Position numbers and translations under genes: made by a program. Below the pieces are notes generated by a model. It had not been told where the DNA came from, did not search any database, and saw only the letters and a list, made by a program, of their open reading frames with translations. From Nitrospirota bacterium (lineage in GTDB: Bacteria; Nitrospirota; 9FT-COMBO-42-15; HDB-SIOI813), in the NCBI GenBank assembly GCA_016212215.1, contig JACRGV010000047.1, positions 2,680-66,679 on the forward strand: 64,000 nucleotides of DNA, written 5' to 3'. Within the stretch, counting starts at the first letter, position 1, and each line of letters opens with the position of its first letter. Below, in pieces: positions 19,097 through 29,149 of this stretch.

Positions 19097-20194
19097 TTAA
19101 AATCCGATAGCAGCCTGTATTACATGCCTTGCATCCTCTTTTTGTCCTGCGTAAGCCCCTAACTCCTCTTTATAATATGCATACGCAACCTTTACAAGCC
19201 ATAGGTCAACAGTGGCACCATAAGTAGTATAACCCTGGTTTGAACCTACTCTGAAGGAAAGTATGTATGGAAGCTTAATCTCTGCCCCCATGTGGATACG
19301 TTTGTATGTGTCCTTTTCCTCTTTTATATTCTTTGTGACATCTACCATATCTAAAGCAAGTGTATTCCTGAATATCCAGAAATCAGGGTGTACGGAAATG
19401 CCTACATTAAGCTGGTGCGGTAGTTTACCTGCATCTTTAAGATTCAGATCACCAACATTCTGCAAAACCGCCCCAAGAGTAGGTCTCAGCGGTAATGATG
19501 GATTAAACTTTAATCCGATATCACCGGTGATTCCTGAACCGGTTTTTTTATTGTCATTAAAGTCTGCGGTTGGGTCGAATTTGGCATCAGCAATGTCAAT
19601 AGCATAATATGTTTGTTGGAAACGATTTCTTTGTATGAATTTTATTGCTATACCTGCCTGAAGCTTTTGATCCCAGAATCCGTGTGCAAATCCTACTACC
19701 CCGCCCACATCTGTCTTTAAATCTACAGCTACATTCGGGTTAACCCTGTTTCGTATTTCACCACTGACAGACCCCTGTCCTAAAACTCCTAACCCAAAAT
19801 TATGAAATATGATATTTGGGAAAACAGATGTACGTAAGGAGAATTGCTTTCCTATATATTTCCCCAATAGGTCAGTTACCTCAGTTACATTATCAGTATT
19901 AATATCTTTGAAATCTTTAGACACATCCAAACCTGTCTGAGATAGTTCAATAGTTGGGTTTAATATTTCAATTCCGCCGAATCCCTGCACATCATTGAGC
20001 CCTGCCGGGTTATAGAAAAGTGCATTCTCATCATCCGACACTGTTGTAAACGCATTGCCCATGCCGAGCGGTCTTATACCCTTGTAGAGGGTGGGGAATT
20101 CTCCGGCATGGACTTTAATTACAGTTCCAAAGAATACCAGAAGAATAAGGCCATATTTCCAAATCCTCTTTTTATAGTCCATAATCTCCTCCAT
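19097..20194 (-). CDS. Putative outer-membrane beta-barrel protein
   Basis: 365 aa. Signal peptide LILLVFFGTVIKVHA, alternating amphipathic beta-strand pattern, C-terminal aromatic residue (..AAIGF). Confidence 0.45.
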   Translation of the reverse strand: MEEIMDYKKRIWKYGLILLVFFGTVIKVHAGEFPTLYKGIRPLGMGNAFTTVSDDENALFYNPAGLNDVQGFGGIEILNPTIELSQTGLDVSKDFKDINTDNVTEVTDLLGKYIGKQFSLRTSVFPNIIFHNFGLGVLGQGSVSGEIRNRVNPNVAVDLKTDVGGVVGFAHGFWDQKLQAGIAIKFIQRNRFQQTYYAIDIADAKFDPTADFNDNKKTGSGITGDIGLKFNPSLPLRPTLGAVLQNVGDLNLKDAGKLPHQLNVGISVHPDFWIFRNTLALDMVDVTKNIKEEKDTYKRIHMGAEIKLPYILSFRVGSNQGYTTYGATVDLWLVKVAYAYYKEELGAYAGQKEDARHVIQAAIGF

Positions 20195-20253
20195 AAAATA
20201 AATTAGTTATAATTAAATTAAAGGTTTTTATTTTTTCACGTTCAACATTATTA

Positions 20254-21120
20254 TTAGCAATGTGGTGAAGACACTATCAAGCCGGTAATGTAAGCCTTTA
20301 ATTCAGTGAAATCAATGGAACCATTAGAATTCGTGTCTAACGATTTTTTGATTTTATTTATTACATTGCTTATATCAAGATTATCTGGAAGTATCCCCGA
20401 TGTACCCAGCCCCTTTTCGATTGTTCCAAGATCCCGGTTAATATCTGCTACCATATTATGCGAATCGCTTGTTGGAATTGTTGTTGGTAAATAATCAGTG
20501 GGGCAGAAGCCGCCGCTTACAACCCCAACCGAGATAACAAGGTCAACTGCTGATGCGATCCCGAGTTGCAGGTAGAGATTTTTATCTTCGCTGGATAATG
20601 AAGCTATTTGAGCTGGGGTTGGGTTAGTAATAAGCAGAAAATCTAATATATCAATTGCCCTGGTAAGTTGTTGTTTCATTTCACATGTATTGCTTGTTGT
20701 TAATTCGTTTATACAGTCACTGATTTTACTTATATCTATCAGCTCGGAAATCTTTTTGAAGTCATCTTCTGCTGCCGGGCTATACAATACCTTAGGTTTA
20801 GCCAATGTGCCTTCAGCAGCGGCAATGAGCTTCAACACATCCAGTCCTGTAGCCTCAGCTATATAAGCAGAGGCAAGGTCCACCTTTGAGTCTTTATCGC
20901 ACGATAGATCAGATACGGCGGTACTAATACCTCCACACATTTTCTCCAGTATAGTAATTGCCTGTGTATAATCCCCTGTATCCAGTGCTATCTTTGCATC
21001 CTCCTTTTGTGCTGTCTCGGAATCGGTTTTCGCCTGATTCTTAAACATATTCTCTCCACAGCCTGCTAAGAGAAAAGACGCTACAACTAATGTGATGCTT
21101 AGGGTTCTAATATAATTCAT
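20254..21120 (-). CDS. Hypothetical lipoprotein
   Basis: Lipobox LLAGC at residues 17-21. Mostly alpha-helical, 288 aa. Confidence 0.45.
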   Translation of the reverse strand: MNYIRTLSITLVVASFLLAGCGENMFKNQAKTDSETAQKEDAKIALDTGDYTQAITILEKMCGGISTAVSDLSCDKDSKVDLASAYIAEATGLDVLKLIAAAEGTLAKPKVLYSPAAEDDFKKISELIDISKISDCINELTTSNTCEMKQQLTRAIDILDFLLITNPTPAQIASLSSEDKNLYLQLGIASAVDLVISVGVVSGGFCPTDYLPTTIPTSDSHNMVADINRDLGTIEKGLGTSGILPDNLDISNVINKIKKSLDTNSNGSIDFTELKAYITGLIVSSPHC

Positions 21121-21253
21121 ATAACAGCCCTCCCTTAATTAATTTTTTTAATTAGTACCAAAATAAAAAATGAAGCCGGAAATTACAGAAACTCCAAGCT
21201 CACCTCCTTCCGCTTATTCTTGCTTCTTATATCTAACTTCTTGCATCTTCCTT

Positions 21254-21919
21254 CTAACCTCTTACCTCACTCTTCTTAAACAAACTGATTAAGGCCATCC
21301 CTGCCACAAACCCGCCTATATGTGCAAACCATGCAACACCTCCCCCGCCGCCACGGCTTACTGAACCGTTTATAATTTGAACTACAATCCACATGCCCAA
21401 CACAAATATAGCAGGAACCTTTATCATTTGCATATAAAATCCTAATGGAACCAATGTCAGGACTTTTGCACGCGGGAATAATATCAGATATGCACCCAGT
21501 ACACCAGAGACCGCACCGCTTGCCCCTACCATAGGTATTAGGGATTGTGGGTTAACCACTGAAAATGCATAAACTGCAATTATTCCGCTTAAAAGATAAA
21601 AGATAACAAACCTAAGATGTCCCATAGAGTCTTCGATGTTATTTCCAAATATCCATAGGTATAGCATGTTACCTCCAACATGCAATAGCCCCCCGTGAAG
21701 AAACATAGATGAAAATATTGTTATTAAAGGTGATGGATAACCTATAGGAGATGTCATATTAAGCACAAACAGGGGTTTAGCCCCGTATCTGTTCAGAAAC
21801 AATGAAATACTTGATCCAAGAGAGATTTCAAAGAAGAAAACAAGAATATTAATGATTATAATACTAATTGTTACATAAGGATATGTGTTTGTTGGATTAT
21901 CGTCTTTTAACGGAATCAT
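21254..21919 (-). CDS. Rhomboid-family intramembrane serine protease
   Basis: 221 aa with six TM helices. Catalytic GASGAVSGVLGA (GxSG) and the downstream AHIGGF histidine. Confidence 0.8.
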   Translation of the reverse strand: MIPLKDDNPTNTYPYVTISIIIINILVFFFEISLGSSISLFLNRYGAKPLFVLNMTSPIGYPSPLITIFSSMFLHGGLLHVGGNMLYLWIFGNNIEDSMGHLRFVIFYLLSGIIAVYAFSVVNPQSLIPMVGASGAVSGVLGAYLILFPRAKVLTLVPLGFYMQMIKVPAIFVLGMWIVVQIINGSVSRGGGGGVAWFAHIGGFVAGMALISLFKKSEVRG

Positions 21920-21943
21920 CTTTAATCATTATGAAGAAGCCCA

Positions 21944-22375
21944 TTAAAACTTATAACGGAACAGTCCTGCAGTATACATCACATCTTTTTCAACGGGTTT
22001 AACTGTTTTATCTGTAGTAACCCCAATAGTAGGAATACCTACATAAACTTTGCCGTTCTCAACACTAGAGAGATAATGCATTTCTGTTATAACGCCAAAT
22101 GCTGCACCTGCTATTCCACCAATTGCGGCTCCAGTACCTATATTCTTACCCCAATTTGGGCTGCTCTGTGTTGATGATATAGCAGTAGCTATTAATGCCC
22201 CTGCTGCCATCCCGTAAAATGTATCCATAAAGATCGTCTTCATCCCGTTGCTGTCTCCCCTTGAATATGGATACGCCGACATATACCTATCTTCTGCAGT
22301 TGCATAGGATGAGACTGTGATTACTGATGCCATGACAACAATTAAAATAATCGCAATAGACTTTATTGACCTCAT
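21944..22375 (-). CDS. Small glycine-zipper membrane/outer-membrane protein
   Basis: 143 aa. Signal peptide, Gly-zipper region GTGAAIGGIAGAAFG, C-terminal ..RYKF. Confidence 0.4.
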   Translation of the reverse strand: MRSIKSIAIILIVVMASVITVSSYATAEDRYMSAYPYSRGDSNGMKTIFMDTFYGMAAGALIATAISSTQSSPNWGKNIGTGAAIGGIAGAAFGVITEMHYLSSVENGKVYVGIPTIGVTTDKTVKPVEKDVMYTAGLFRYKF

Positions 22376-22475
22376 ATTCCTCCTCCCTATTTTGGGCTAA
22401 TTGTTTGAGTAGGTTGAGTAAGTAACACTTCAACCATTAACTATTCACTAACCACTAACCACTAACCACTATTTT
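22376..22475. repeat. Heptamer tandem array (CCACTAA variant)
   Basis: actaaccactaaccactaaccact preceded by related degenerate units. Confidence 0.7.
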
Positions 22476-22886
22476 TAAAATGGCACGATAACATAATCTA
22501 TTATTTCCCGCAAGTCCTCTTTTTTGTATAAAAAATATACACTATATTTTCTTTATAAATTAAGGAGTTACATTATCGGGAACATAAATATTTAAACGTG
22601 TTGTGTAATCATTGCACAATATCAACAGAATTTCATGAAAATCTTCATCAAGAGTGAATAGTGAATAGTGAATAAGGTTTAATCGTCTCAAGTTTCACAT
22701 GTTTTGTAGATTTTTGAAGATTTTCCTTGAAATTCAAATAGTATGGCATTAAAATGGGATGCATGATAGTAATGTTTTTGCAGGTACTAATGGTTTAAAT
22801 GGGTATTAAGTGTTAAATGGTATGGAATTTGCAATCTTAAAAATAACATAAGTTTTATAAATTTAACCGGAATCAAGGAGGTTCCC

Positions 22887-23900
22887 ATGTCCCAATTACC
22901 CAAATCACAATTAGTAGATGCTTTCAATCGTAAAATAACATATATGAGGATTTCGGTAACAGACCGATGTAACCTCAGATGTGTTTACTGTGTTCCATCC
23001 TGCGGTACAATAAGCAATCTTCCGTCCAATGAGCTAATGACATTTGAAGAGATGCACCGCCTTGTAAAAGTAGCAGCAAAGATGGGGCTTAATAAGATAA
23101 GGATAACAGGGGGTGAACCTCTTGTAAGAAGGGGAGTTGTTGAATTTATTTCAGCAGTCAGTAAGATAGATGGGATTAGAGATATTGCAATGACAACTAA
23201 CGGGGTCTTGTTGAAGAATTATGCACAATCCCTTAAGAAGGCCGGTTTAAAGAGGCTTAACATAAGCCTTGATACATTTGACCCAAAGAAGTTTCTGGCA
23301 ATTACAAAAGGTGATTGTTTTGACAGGGTGTGGGAAGGTATTATAGAGGCGGAGCGTGTAGGCTTTGATCCTATTAAATTGAATGTAGTCCCTTCCAGAG
23401 GAGTTAATGATAACGAACTGGTTGATTTTGCAAAGCTGACATTAACTAAACCCTTTCAGGTCAGGTTCATAGAGTTTATGCCTGTTGATGATTGGGAGGG
23501 CTGGAAGAAGTCATTTATATCCAAGGCTGATATGATGGCGAAAATAGAGGCTGCACTTGGAAAACTGGAACCGGTTGTTGAGGGGAAGGATACGGCAGGT
23601 CCTGCAAAGAACTACAGATTGCACGGCGCCAAGGGGATGGTAGGTTTTATAAGTGCAATAAGTGAGCATTTCTGTGATACATGTAACAGGATACGTCTCG
23701 GAGCAGACGGCAGGATTAAACACTGTTTATTCTCAGAGTCATATATAGATTTCAAGGAACCGATGAGGAACGGCTGTGAAGACAGCGAAATCGAGAGACT
23801 CCTTGTTTCAGTCATGGATACCAAGCCGGAGGCACACAACATAGATATGAATGCAGGTTCACAGAAGTACCTGCACTCCATGACATCTATCGGCGGATAA
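22887..23900 (+). CDS. moaA: GTP 3',8-cyclase MoaA (radical SAM)
   Basis: CNLRCVYC radical-SAM cluster motif, a second C-terminal Cys cluster (CDTCNRIRL), and the C-terminal GG. SD GGAGG lies 6 nt upstream. Confidence 0.9.
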   Translation: MSQLPKSQLVDAFNRKITYMRISVTDRCNLRCVYCVPSCGTISNLPSNELMTFEEMHRLVKVAAKMGLNKIRITGGEPLVRRGVVEFISAVSKIDGIRDIAMTTNGVLLKNYAQSLKKAGLKRLNISLDTFDPKKFLAITKGDCFDRVWEGIIEAERVGFDPIKLNVVPSRGVNDNELVDFAKLTLTKPFQVRFIEFMPVDDWEGWKKSFISKADMMAKIEAALGKLEPVVEGKDTAGPAKNYRLHGAKGMVGFISAISEHFCDTCNRIRLGADGRIKHCLFSESYIDFKEPMRNGCEDSEIERLLVSVMDTKPEAHNIDMNAGSQKYLHSMTSIGG

Positions 23901-23944
23901 GTATTATTGAAAGTTACAATATCAACCTTGAATTTCAACTTTAG

Positions 23945-23984
23945 AAACTTAAAAATGGCAGATGAGCTGATGTATCATCTGCCA
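23945..23984 (+). terminator. Rho-independent terminator downstream of moaA
   Basis: atggcagatga-gctgatgt-atcatctgccat hairpin followed by TTTTTTTGTTT. Confidence 0.7.
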
Positions 23985-24120
23985 TTTTTTTGTTTAATTT
24001 CAATTAAATAAATTGTTTTGTAGTTTCTTTTAAATCTGATATAATCTATGCAATTTTTTAAATATGAACTTTTAATATTTTTTTAACCTTGAATCTTTAA
24101 ACTGAATTAAGGAGGTGCAG

Positions 24121-24615
24121 ATGTCAGAGCTTACGCATTTTAATGTAGATGGCAGGGCAAAGATGGTTGATGTAACTGAGAAGTCTGTAACGCAGAGGAC
24201 CGCTATTGCCTCAGGAAAAGTTTATATGCAGCCGGAGACATTAAAAAGGATCCAGGAAGGAAAGATTGCAAAGGGAGATGTGCTTGCCGTTGCACAGGTA
24301 GCAGGGATAATGGGGGCGAAAAAAACCCCGGATATTATTCCTATGTGTCATCCTCTTCTGCTGACAGGGGTAGACATATCATTTACTGAGTATCCTGAGC
24401 CTGATGAGAATGGTTTGTGTTCTGTCGGTATCTCTGCCACAGTAAAGGTCGGCGGGCAAACCGGTGTTGAAATGGAAGGACTGACAGCAGTAGCTATTGC
24501 AGCACTGACAATTTATGATATGTGTAAGGCTATAGATAAAGGGATGATCCTAAGCGAAATCTGCCTTGAAGAAAAGACCGGCGGCAAATCAGGCACCTAC
24601 ACGAGAAAAAAATAA
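24121..24615 (+). CDS. moaC: Cyclic pyranopterin monophosphate synthase MoaC
   Basis: About 164 aa, [21 protein letters not shown]..., typical MoaC. The ATG at 24121 is preceded by AGGAGG; the ORF track starts 6 nt earlier at a GTG. Confidence 0.85.
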   Translation: MSELTHFNVDGRAKMVDVTEKSVTQRTAIASGKVYMQPETLKRIQEGKIAKGDVLAVAQVAGIMGAKKTPDIIPMCHPLLLTGVDISFTEYPEPDENGLCSVGISATVKVGGQTGVEMEGLTAVAIAALTIYDMCKAIDKGMILSEICLEEKTGGKSGTYTRKK

Positions 24616-24646
24616 GAATTAAAAAATAAAAGCCGAAAACATCACA

Positions 24647-26059
24647 ATGATAAAAACAGAAAGTCTTTCAAAAGAATACTCTTCAGGCACAAAGGCACTG
24701 AGTAATCTCAGTATCAGCGTTGAAGCCGGAGAGATATTCGGGTTCCTTGGACCTAATGGTGCAGGCAAGAGCACAACCATAAAAATACTCACTACATTGT
24801 CACATCCTTCCTCCGGAGCCGCATGGGTAAATGGTTATAATGTTATTACTGAACCGAATAAGGTAAGAGGTTCTATAGGGTATGTAGCACAAGAGGCAGG
24901 GGTTGATTATTTCCTCACCGGTCGTGAGAACCTCGTTCTACAGGGCAGGATGTACAGGATGGAAAAGAAGGCTATCAATTCCAGAGTGGATGAGCTTCTG
25001 GAATTATTCGAATTAAAAGAGAGTGCTGACGCACTGGTTTCAACATTTTCAGGCGGCATGAGAAGGAAGCTCGATATTGCCACTGCATTGATACACAATC
25101 CGAGTATAATCTTTCTTGATGAACCCACATTAGGTTTGGACCCGCACAGCCGTTCCTCATTATGGAATTATATCCGTATCTTAAACAAAGACCTCAAAGT
25201 AACAATCTTTCTTACTACTCATTATCTTGATGAGGCGGATAAACTTTCTAACAGGATCGGTATACTCCACAAAGGAAGTATGAAGATTGTGGATACACCG
25301 GAGGCTTTGAAAGATAGCATCAAAGGAGACTCTGTTAATTTTTCCTTAAAAGGAAAGGTTAAGCAAAAGGCTATTGCATTACTAAAAAACAATTCTGTTG
25401 TTAAAGATATTTTATTAGAGGATGAGAATGTAAGAGTTTATGTAAACAATGGAAGTGAGGCAATACCCGGATTAATCAAATTCCTGGGTCAGAATAATAT
25501 TGACATAGAATCCCTTTCTATTTCAAGGCCTACGCTTGATGACGTCTATCTAAAGTACAGCGGCGCCAGTTTCAAAGAGGGCGACGGTGAAGGAGACTCT
25601 AATCCCTGGTGGGCACAGTGGGCCAAGAAGGGATGGGGTAAAAACTGGAAAGGCGGCGAGTGGAATAAGGAAGGCGGCCATGAAGGTGATCAAGAGGGGC
25701 AGGCTGAAGGTGAGGGCGGAGATTGGCAGAATGGGCAATGGACTGAAGAGGAAATGAAGGCGTGGTGGAGTCAGGGAGGGCAGGGAGCAGGCAGCAGTGA
25801 ACAGGCAGCAGAGGAGAAGCAAGAAGAAAACCAGAAGCAAGAAGAAACGCAGAGGTCAGAAGCAAGAAGTGAGAAGTTAGAAGGGACAGAAGAGAAGCAA
25901 GAAGTCAGAAGCAAGAAGTCAGAAGAAACAGAAGAGTCAGAAGAAACGGAAGAAACACCGGTTGTGTCAGGTGATAATGGGAATAAGGAAGAGCCTTGGA
26001 AGAAATGGTCTGAAGAAGAGATGAAGGCGTGGTGGGGCAAGGGGGGTAGTAAAGGATGA
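24647..26059 (+). CDS. ABC transporter ATP-binding protein (ABC-2/DrrA-like) with an unusual Trp/Glu/Gly-rich C-terminal tail of about 165 aa
   Basis: Walker A GPNGAGKST, signature SGGMRRKL, Walker B IIFLDEPT. After about residue 305 the sequence becomes low-complexity (WWAQWAKKGWGKNW..., duplicated EEEMKAWW(S/G)xGG) and includes translated heptamer repeats. The stop overlaps the permease start (ATGA). Confidence 0.8.
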   Translation: MIKTESLSKEYSSGTKALSNLSISVEAGEIFGFLGPNGAGKSTTIKILTTLSHPSSGAAWVNGYNVITEPNKVRGSIGYVAQEAGVDYFLTGRENLVLQGRMYRMEKKAINSRVDELLELFELKESADALVSTFSGGMRRKLDIATALIHNPSIIFLDEPTLGLDPHSRSSLWNYIRILNKDLKVTIFLTTHYLDEADKLSNRIGILHKGSMKIVDTPEALKDSIKGDSVNFSLKGKVKQKAIALLKNNSVVKDILLEDENVRVYVNNGSEAIPGLIKFLGQNNIDIESLSISRPTLDDVYLKYSGASFKEGDGEGDSNPWWAQWAKKGWGKNWKGGEWNKEGGHEGDQEGQAEGEGGDWQNGQWTEEEMKAWWSQGGQGAGSSEQAAEEKQEENQKQEETQRSEARSEKLEGTEEKQEVRSKKSEETEESEETEETPVVSGDNGNKEEPWKKWSEEEMKAWWGKGGSKG

Positions 26060-26823
26060 TCCTTCTCTTAAATGATACATGGTTTTTATTTAATAAATAT
26101 TTACGGATTACTTTAAGAATGCCAATGTGGGCATTGTTTACGATTGTTCAACCTCTTATATGGCTTCTCATATTTGGGCAATTATTTAAGAATATGGCAT
26201 CACTGCCTGGTTTCCCATCAGGACGCTATATGGACTTTTTCATGCCGGGCGCAATTATAATGACGGTTTTGTTTGGGACATCATGGTCTGGGGTCAGCTT
26301 ATTAAGGGAGATAAACTTCGGTACTGTAGAAAAGATGCTTGTTACACCTGTTTCAAGAATTGCTATAGTAATGAGCCGTGTCATACACGCTGCCGTTACT
26401 GTTATTGTACAATGTCTTATTATACTCATAATTGCACTGATCTTCGGTGTGAAGGTATCCGGGGTCAGCGGGGCACTTTTGAGTCTTTTTATTGTGTTTC
26501 TTCTTTCAGTAGGATTTTCAGGGATTTCAAACGGGCTTGCAATCTGGTTGAAGAGAGAAGAACCTCTCGTAGTAATTGGAAATATGATGACGTTGCCGTT
26601 GATGTTTTTTTCATCTGCAATGGTGCCAAAGAGTTTTATGCCGGGATGGATACGTGTAATAACAATGATAAACCCAATTGACTATGCAGTAGAGGCTACG
26701 AGATCGTTTTATGCCGGAGTAATTACTTCAGAGGCCATATTGATACAAATAGTATTTTTAATAGTCTTTGCACTGGCTTCTGTTTCATGGGCAACGGAGA
26801 TGTTTATAAATCAGGGAGAGTAG
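26056..26823 (+). CDS. ABC-2 type transporter permease
   Basis: 255 aa with six TM helices, translationally coupled to the upstream ATPase. Confidence 0.7.
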   Translation: MILLLNDTWFLFNKYLRITLRMPMWALFTIVQPLIWLLIFGQLFKNMASLPGFPSGRYMDFFMPGAIIMTVLFGTSWSGVSLLREINFGTVEKMLVTPVSRIAIVMSRVIHAAVTVIVQCLIILIIALIFGVKVSGVSGALLSLFIVFLLSVGFSGISNGLAIWLKREEPLVVIGNMMTLPLMFFSSAMVPKSFMPGWIRVITMINPIDYAVEATRSFYAGVITSEAILIQIVFLIVFALASVSWATEMFINQGE

Positions 26824-26885
26824 AAGATAGAATTAAGAATTAAGAATTAAGAATTAAGAATTAAGAAGTAAGAAATAAGATAGGG
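26824..26885. repeat. Heptamer tandem array (AATTAAG)x5 followed by AAGTAAG-type units
   Basis: agaattaagaattaagaattaagaattaagaattaagaagtaagaaataag. Confidence 0.9.
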
Positions 26886-26902
26886 AAAAACAGGAGGGAA
26901 AT

Positions 26903-27580
26903 ATGGTAAAAGTAAAATTTTTTGCGATCCTAAAGAATTTGGCAGGTAAGGAGGATGCCCAGTTTGAGGTTGGTAATGGGCTTGTGTTAAAAGATCTTGC
27001 GCAGATGATAGATAAGGAATTTCCTAAGGTTGGGGAGATGATACGCAACAAAAAGGTGCTTATCTCTGTAAACCATGAAATCGGGAGTGATGACATGGCG
27101 ATTAAAGATGGTGATGAAATAGCAGTTCTTCCGCCTTTTGCAGGAGGTGCAGAGGGTTCGCCGATGGTGAGGATTCAAAAGGAAGACTTCTCAGTTGATG
27201 AAGAGATCAACAGGGTCAAAGCAACTACCGGAGATATAGGCGGGATAGTAGTATTTCTTGGAATAGGAAGGGGTACCTCACGGGGACGCACTATAGATAA
27301 ACTCGATTTCGAACATTATCCTGGAATGGCTGAGAAAAAACTTAATGAGATCAGGGAACAGGCATTAAAGGACTATGATATAAAAGAGGTGAACATAGTC
27401 CACAGAATTAGTGAAATAGCAGTGGGAGAGAATATAGTATTGATAGTTGTAGGTGCCTCTCATAGGGCTGATGCGTTTAAGGCATGCAAATGGTGTATAG
27501 ATGAACTGAAGCGTATCACACCAATATGGAAAAAAGAGACAACACCGGAAGGTGAGATATGGGTGGAGGAACATCCCTAA
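26903..27580 (+). CDS. moaDE: Molybdopterin synthase MoaD-MoaE fusion (sulfur-carrier plus catalytic subunit)
   Basis: The N-terminal roughly 82 aa is ubiquitin-like and ends in ..LPPFAGG (the MoaD C-terminal GG). The remainder has a MoaE-like fold (..IVHRISEIAVGENIVLIVVGASHRADAF). Confidence 0.75.
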   Translation: MVKVKFFAILKNLAGKEDAQFEVGNGLVLKDLAQMIDKEFPKVGEMIRNKKVLISVNHEIGSDDMAIKDGDEIAVLPPFAGGAEGSPMVRIQKEDFSVDEEINRVKATTGDIGGIVVFLGIGRGTSRGRTIDKLDFEHYPGMAEKKLNEIREQALKDYDIKEVNIVHRISEIAVGENIVLIVVGASHRADAFKACKWCIDELKRITPIWKKETTPEGEIWVEEHP

Positions 27581-27644
27581 AGATAGTGGATAGTGGCAAG
27601 TGGTTAGATGCAAGAAGTAAGAAGTAAGAAGAGGAAAGAACATT

Positions 27645-28424
27645 ATGACTAAAAAACAGTTTCTAAAAGGAAATTTGGGCATCTGTTCTTTATTAGCGGG
27701 AATGCTCTTTTTTAGTTCAAATGCTTTTTGTGCTGGTAATTATACTGCAGGGGGCAGCCCTGATAATTATCAGGAAACAACAATACAAAAAGGGACATAT
27801 AATGACAGGGCTACAAAGGGATTCGACCCTACTACAATTGTTTGCGTAGATGCTAATGGTAATGGGTGGATAGACCAAGGTGAATGTTCATGGGGAAGTA
27901 CTTCCACACCATGGTTTGCAGACCCTGCTCTTGATACTCAGAAAGGAAATAATGTAACTCCAGGCGGCAGCAGTGCATCACTTGGACAGACCACCACAAC
28001 AACAGTAAGTGAGCCTCACTTTAAACTTAATTATTTTAATGCCCCATCAGCGGCAAATACTACTGCAACTTCCGGAGTAACCTCAGGACCTTCCGGTAAT
28101 CTACGGGCACAGCATAATGAGTTCGGTTTTGAGGTGGTGGTGGATAAGAAAACAGACCCCCTTGAGCCGTATTATTTAAAATTTTCTGTTCCTAATATTA
28201 CTGTAGACTCAACACAATCAAGTACGACTGGTGATATGACAGGTACTGCAGCCGGTGAGTATGCTAAGGAAATAACAGAGATGAACCCTAATAATCCGGG
28301 TGTTTTTTACAGGTATACTGTTACCGGAACATTTACAAGCGAGTCTAATTCATTTACATCATCAACGTGTACCTCCGGGTGTACTAATGATAACGAAGCT
28401 CAATGGCGGGCACAATGGCCGTAA
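27645..28424 (+). CDS. Hypothetical secreted Ser/Thr-rich protein
   Basis: Signal peptide followed by Thr/Ser-rich sequence with no recognised motif. Confidence 0.35.
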   Translation: MTKKQFLKGNLGICSLLAGMLFFSSNAFCAGNYTAGGSPDNYQETTIQKGTYNDRATKGFDPTTIVCVDANGNGWIDQGECSWGSTSTPWFADPALDTQKGNNVTPGGSSASLGQTTTTTVSEPHFKLNYFNAPSAANTTATSGVTSGPSGNLRAQHNEFGFEVVVDKKTDPLEPYYLKFSVPNITVDSTQSSTTGDMTGTAAGEYAKEITEMNPNNPGVFYRYTVTGTFTSESNSFTSSTCTSGCTNDNEAQWRAQWP

Positions 28425-28513
28425 CTACAGTAAACAGTAAGCGGTAAGCAGTAAGCAGAAAAAACAGAAGCAAGAAATAAGAAGCAAGAAAAAATATAGA
28501 GGGGTGGATTTGT

Positions 28514-29149
28514 ATGGCAGTAATTATAGGTAACAAAAGATTTAAGACAGGAATGATAGACAGGACTTTGGAATATAACATTGAGAAGACAGCGGCTTTT
28601 CATGGACATCTCTGTGCAGGGACGGTCATTGGTACAAGGATGGGGCTTGTGGGTATGAGGGAGATTGGTATTACAGACCCAACCGGTTCTCAGAGAAAAG
28701 ATATGATTGTTTATGTTGAAACAGACCGCTGTCCTGTTGATGCCATATCAATAGTAACAGGGTGCAGAATCAGCAGGAAGAACCTTAAATTTCTTGACTG
28801 GGGCAAGGTTGCAGCCACATTCGTGAATGTTAAAAACGGTAAGGCCATCAGGATTCTCTGCCCGGACTCTTCAAAGGACCATATAGATAAATACGTTACC
28901 GGGGAATTCAGTAATGATAAGGACGGCAGGACAGCAAGAGAGGTTGCGGCCTACAAGGTTATGCCTGAAGATGAATTGTTCATAATTCAGAATGTGAAGG
29001 TTGATATTCCTGCTAATGATAAAGAGAAATATAAGGTTAAATGCGAGATATGCGGGGAGACTGTTAATGGCCGGAAGGAGATGGTAAAAGACGGGAAGAT
29101 AGTTTGTAAATCTTGCGGAGAAGGTACAAGTTACTATCATGCGTGTTAA
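28514..29149 (+). CDS. FmdE-family protein (formylmethanofuran dehydrogenase subunit E-like) with a C-terminal zinc ribbon
   Basis: FHGHLCAGTVIG motif of the FmdE domain. C-terminal CEICGE...CKSCGE Cys-x2-Cys pairs. Confidence 0.7.
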   Translation: MAVIIGNKRFKTGMIDRTLEYNIEKTAAFHGHLCAGTVIGTRMGLVGMREIGITDPTGSQRKDMIVYVETDRCPVDAISIVTGCRISRKNLKFLDWGKVAATFVNVKNGKAIRILCPDSSKDHIDKYVTGEFSNDKDGRTAREVAAYKVMPEDELFIIQNVKVDIPANDKEKYKVKCEICGETVNGRKEMVKDGKIVCKSCGEGTSYYHAC

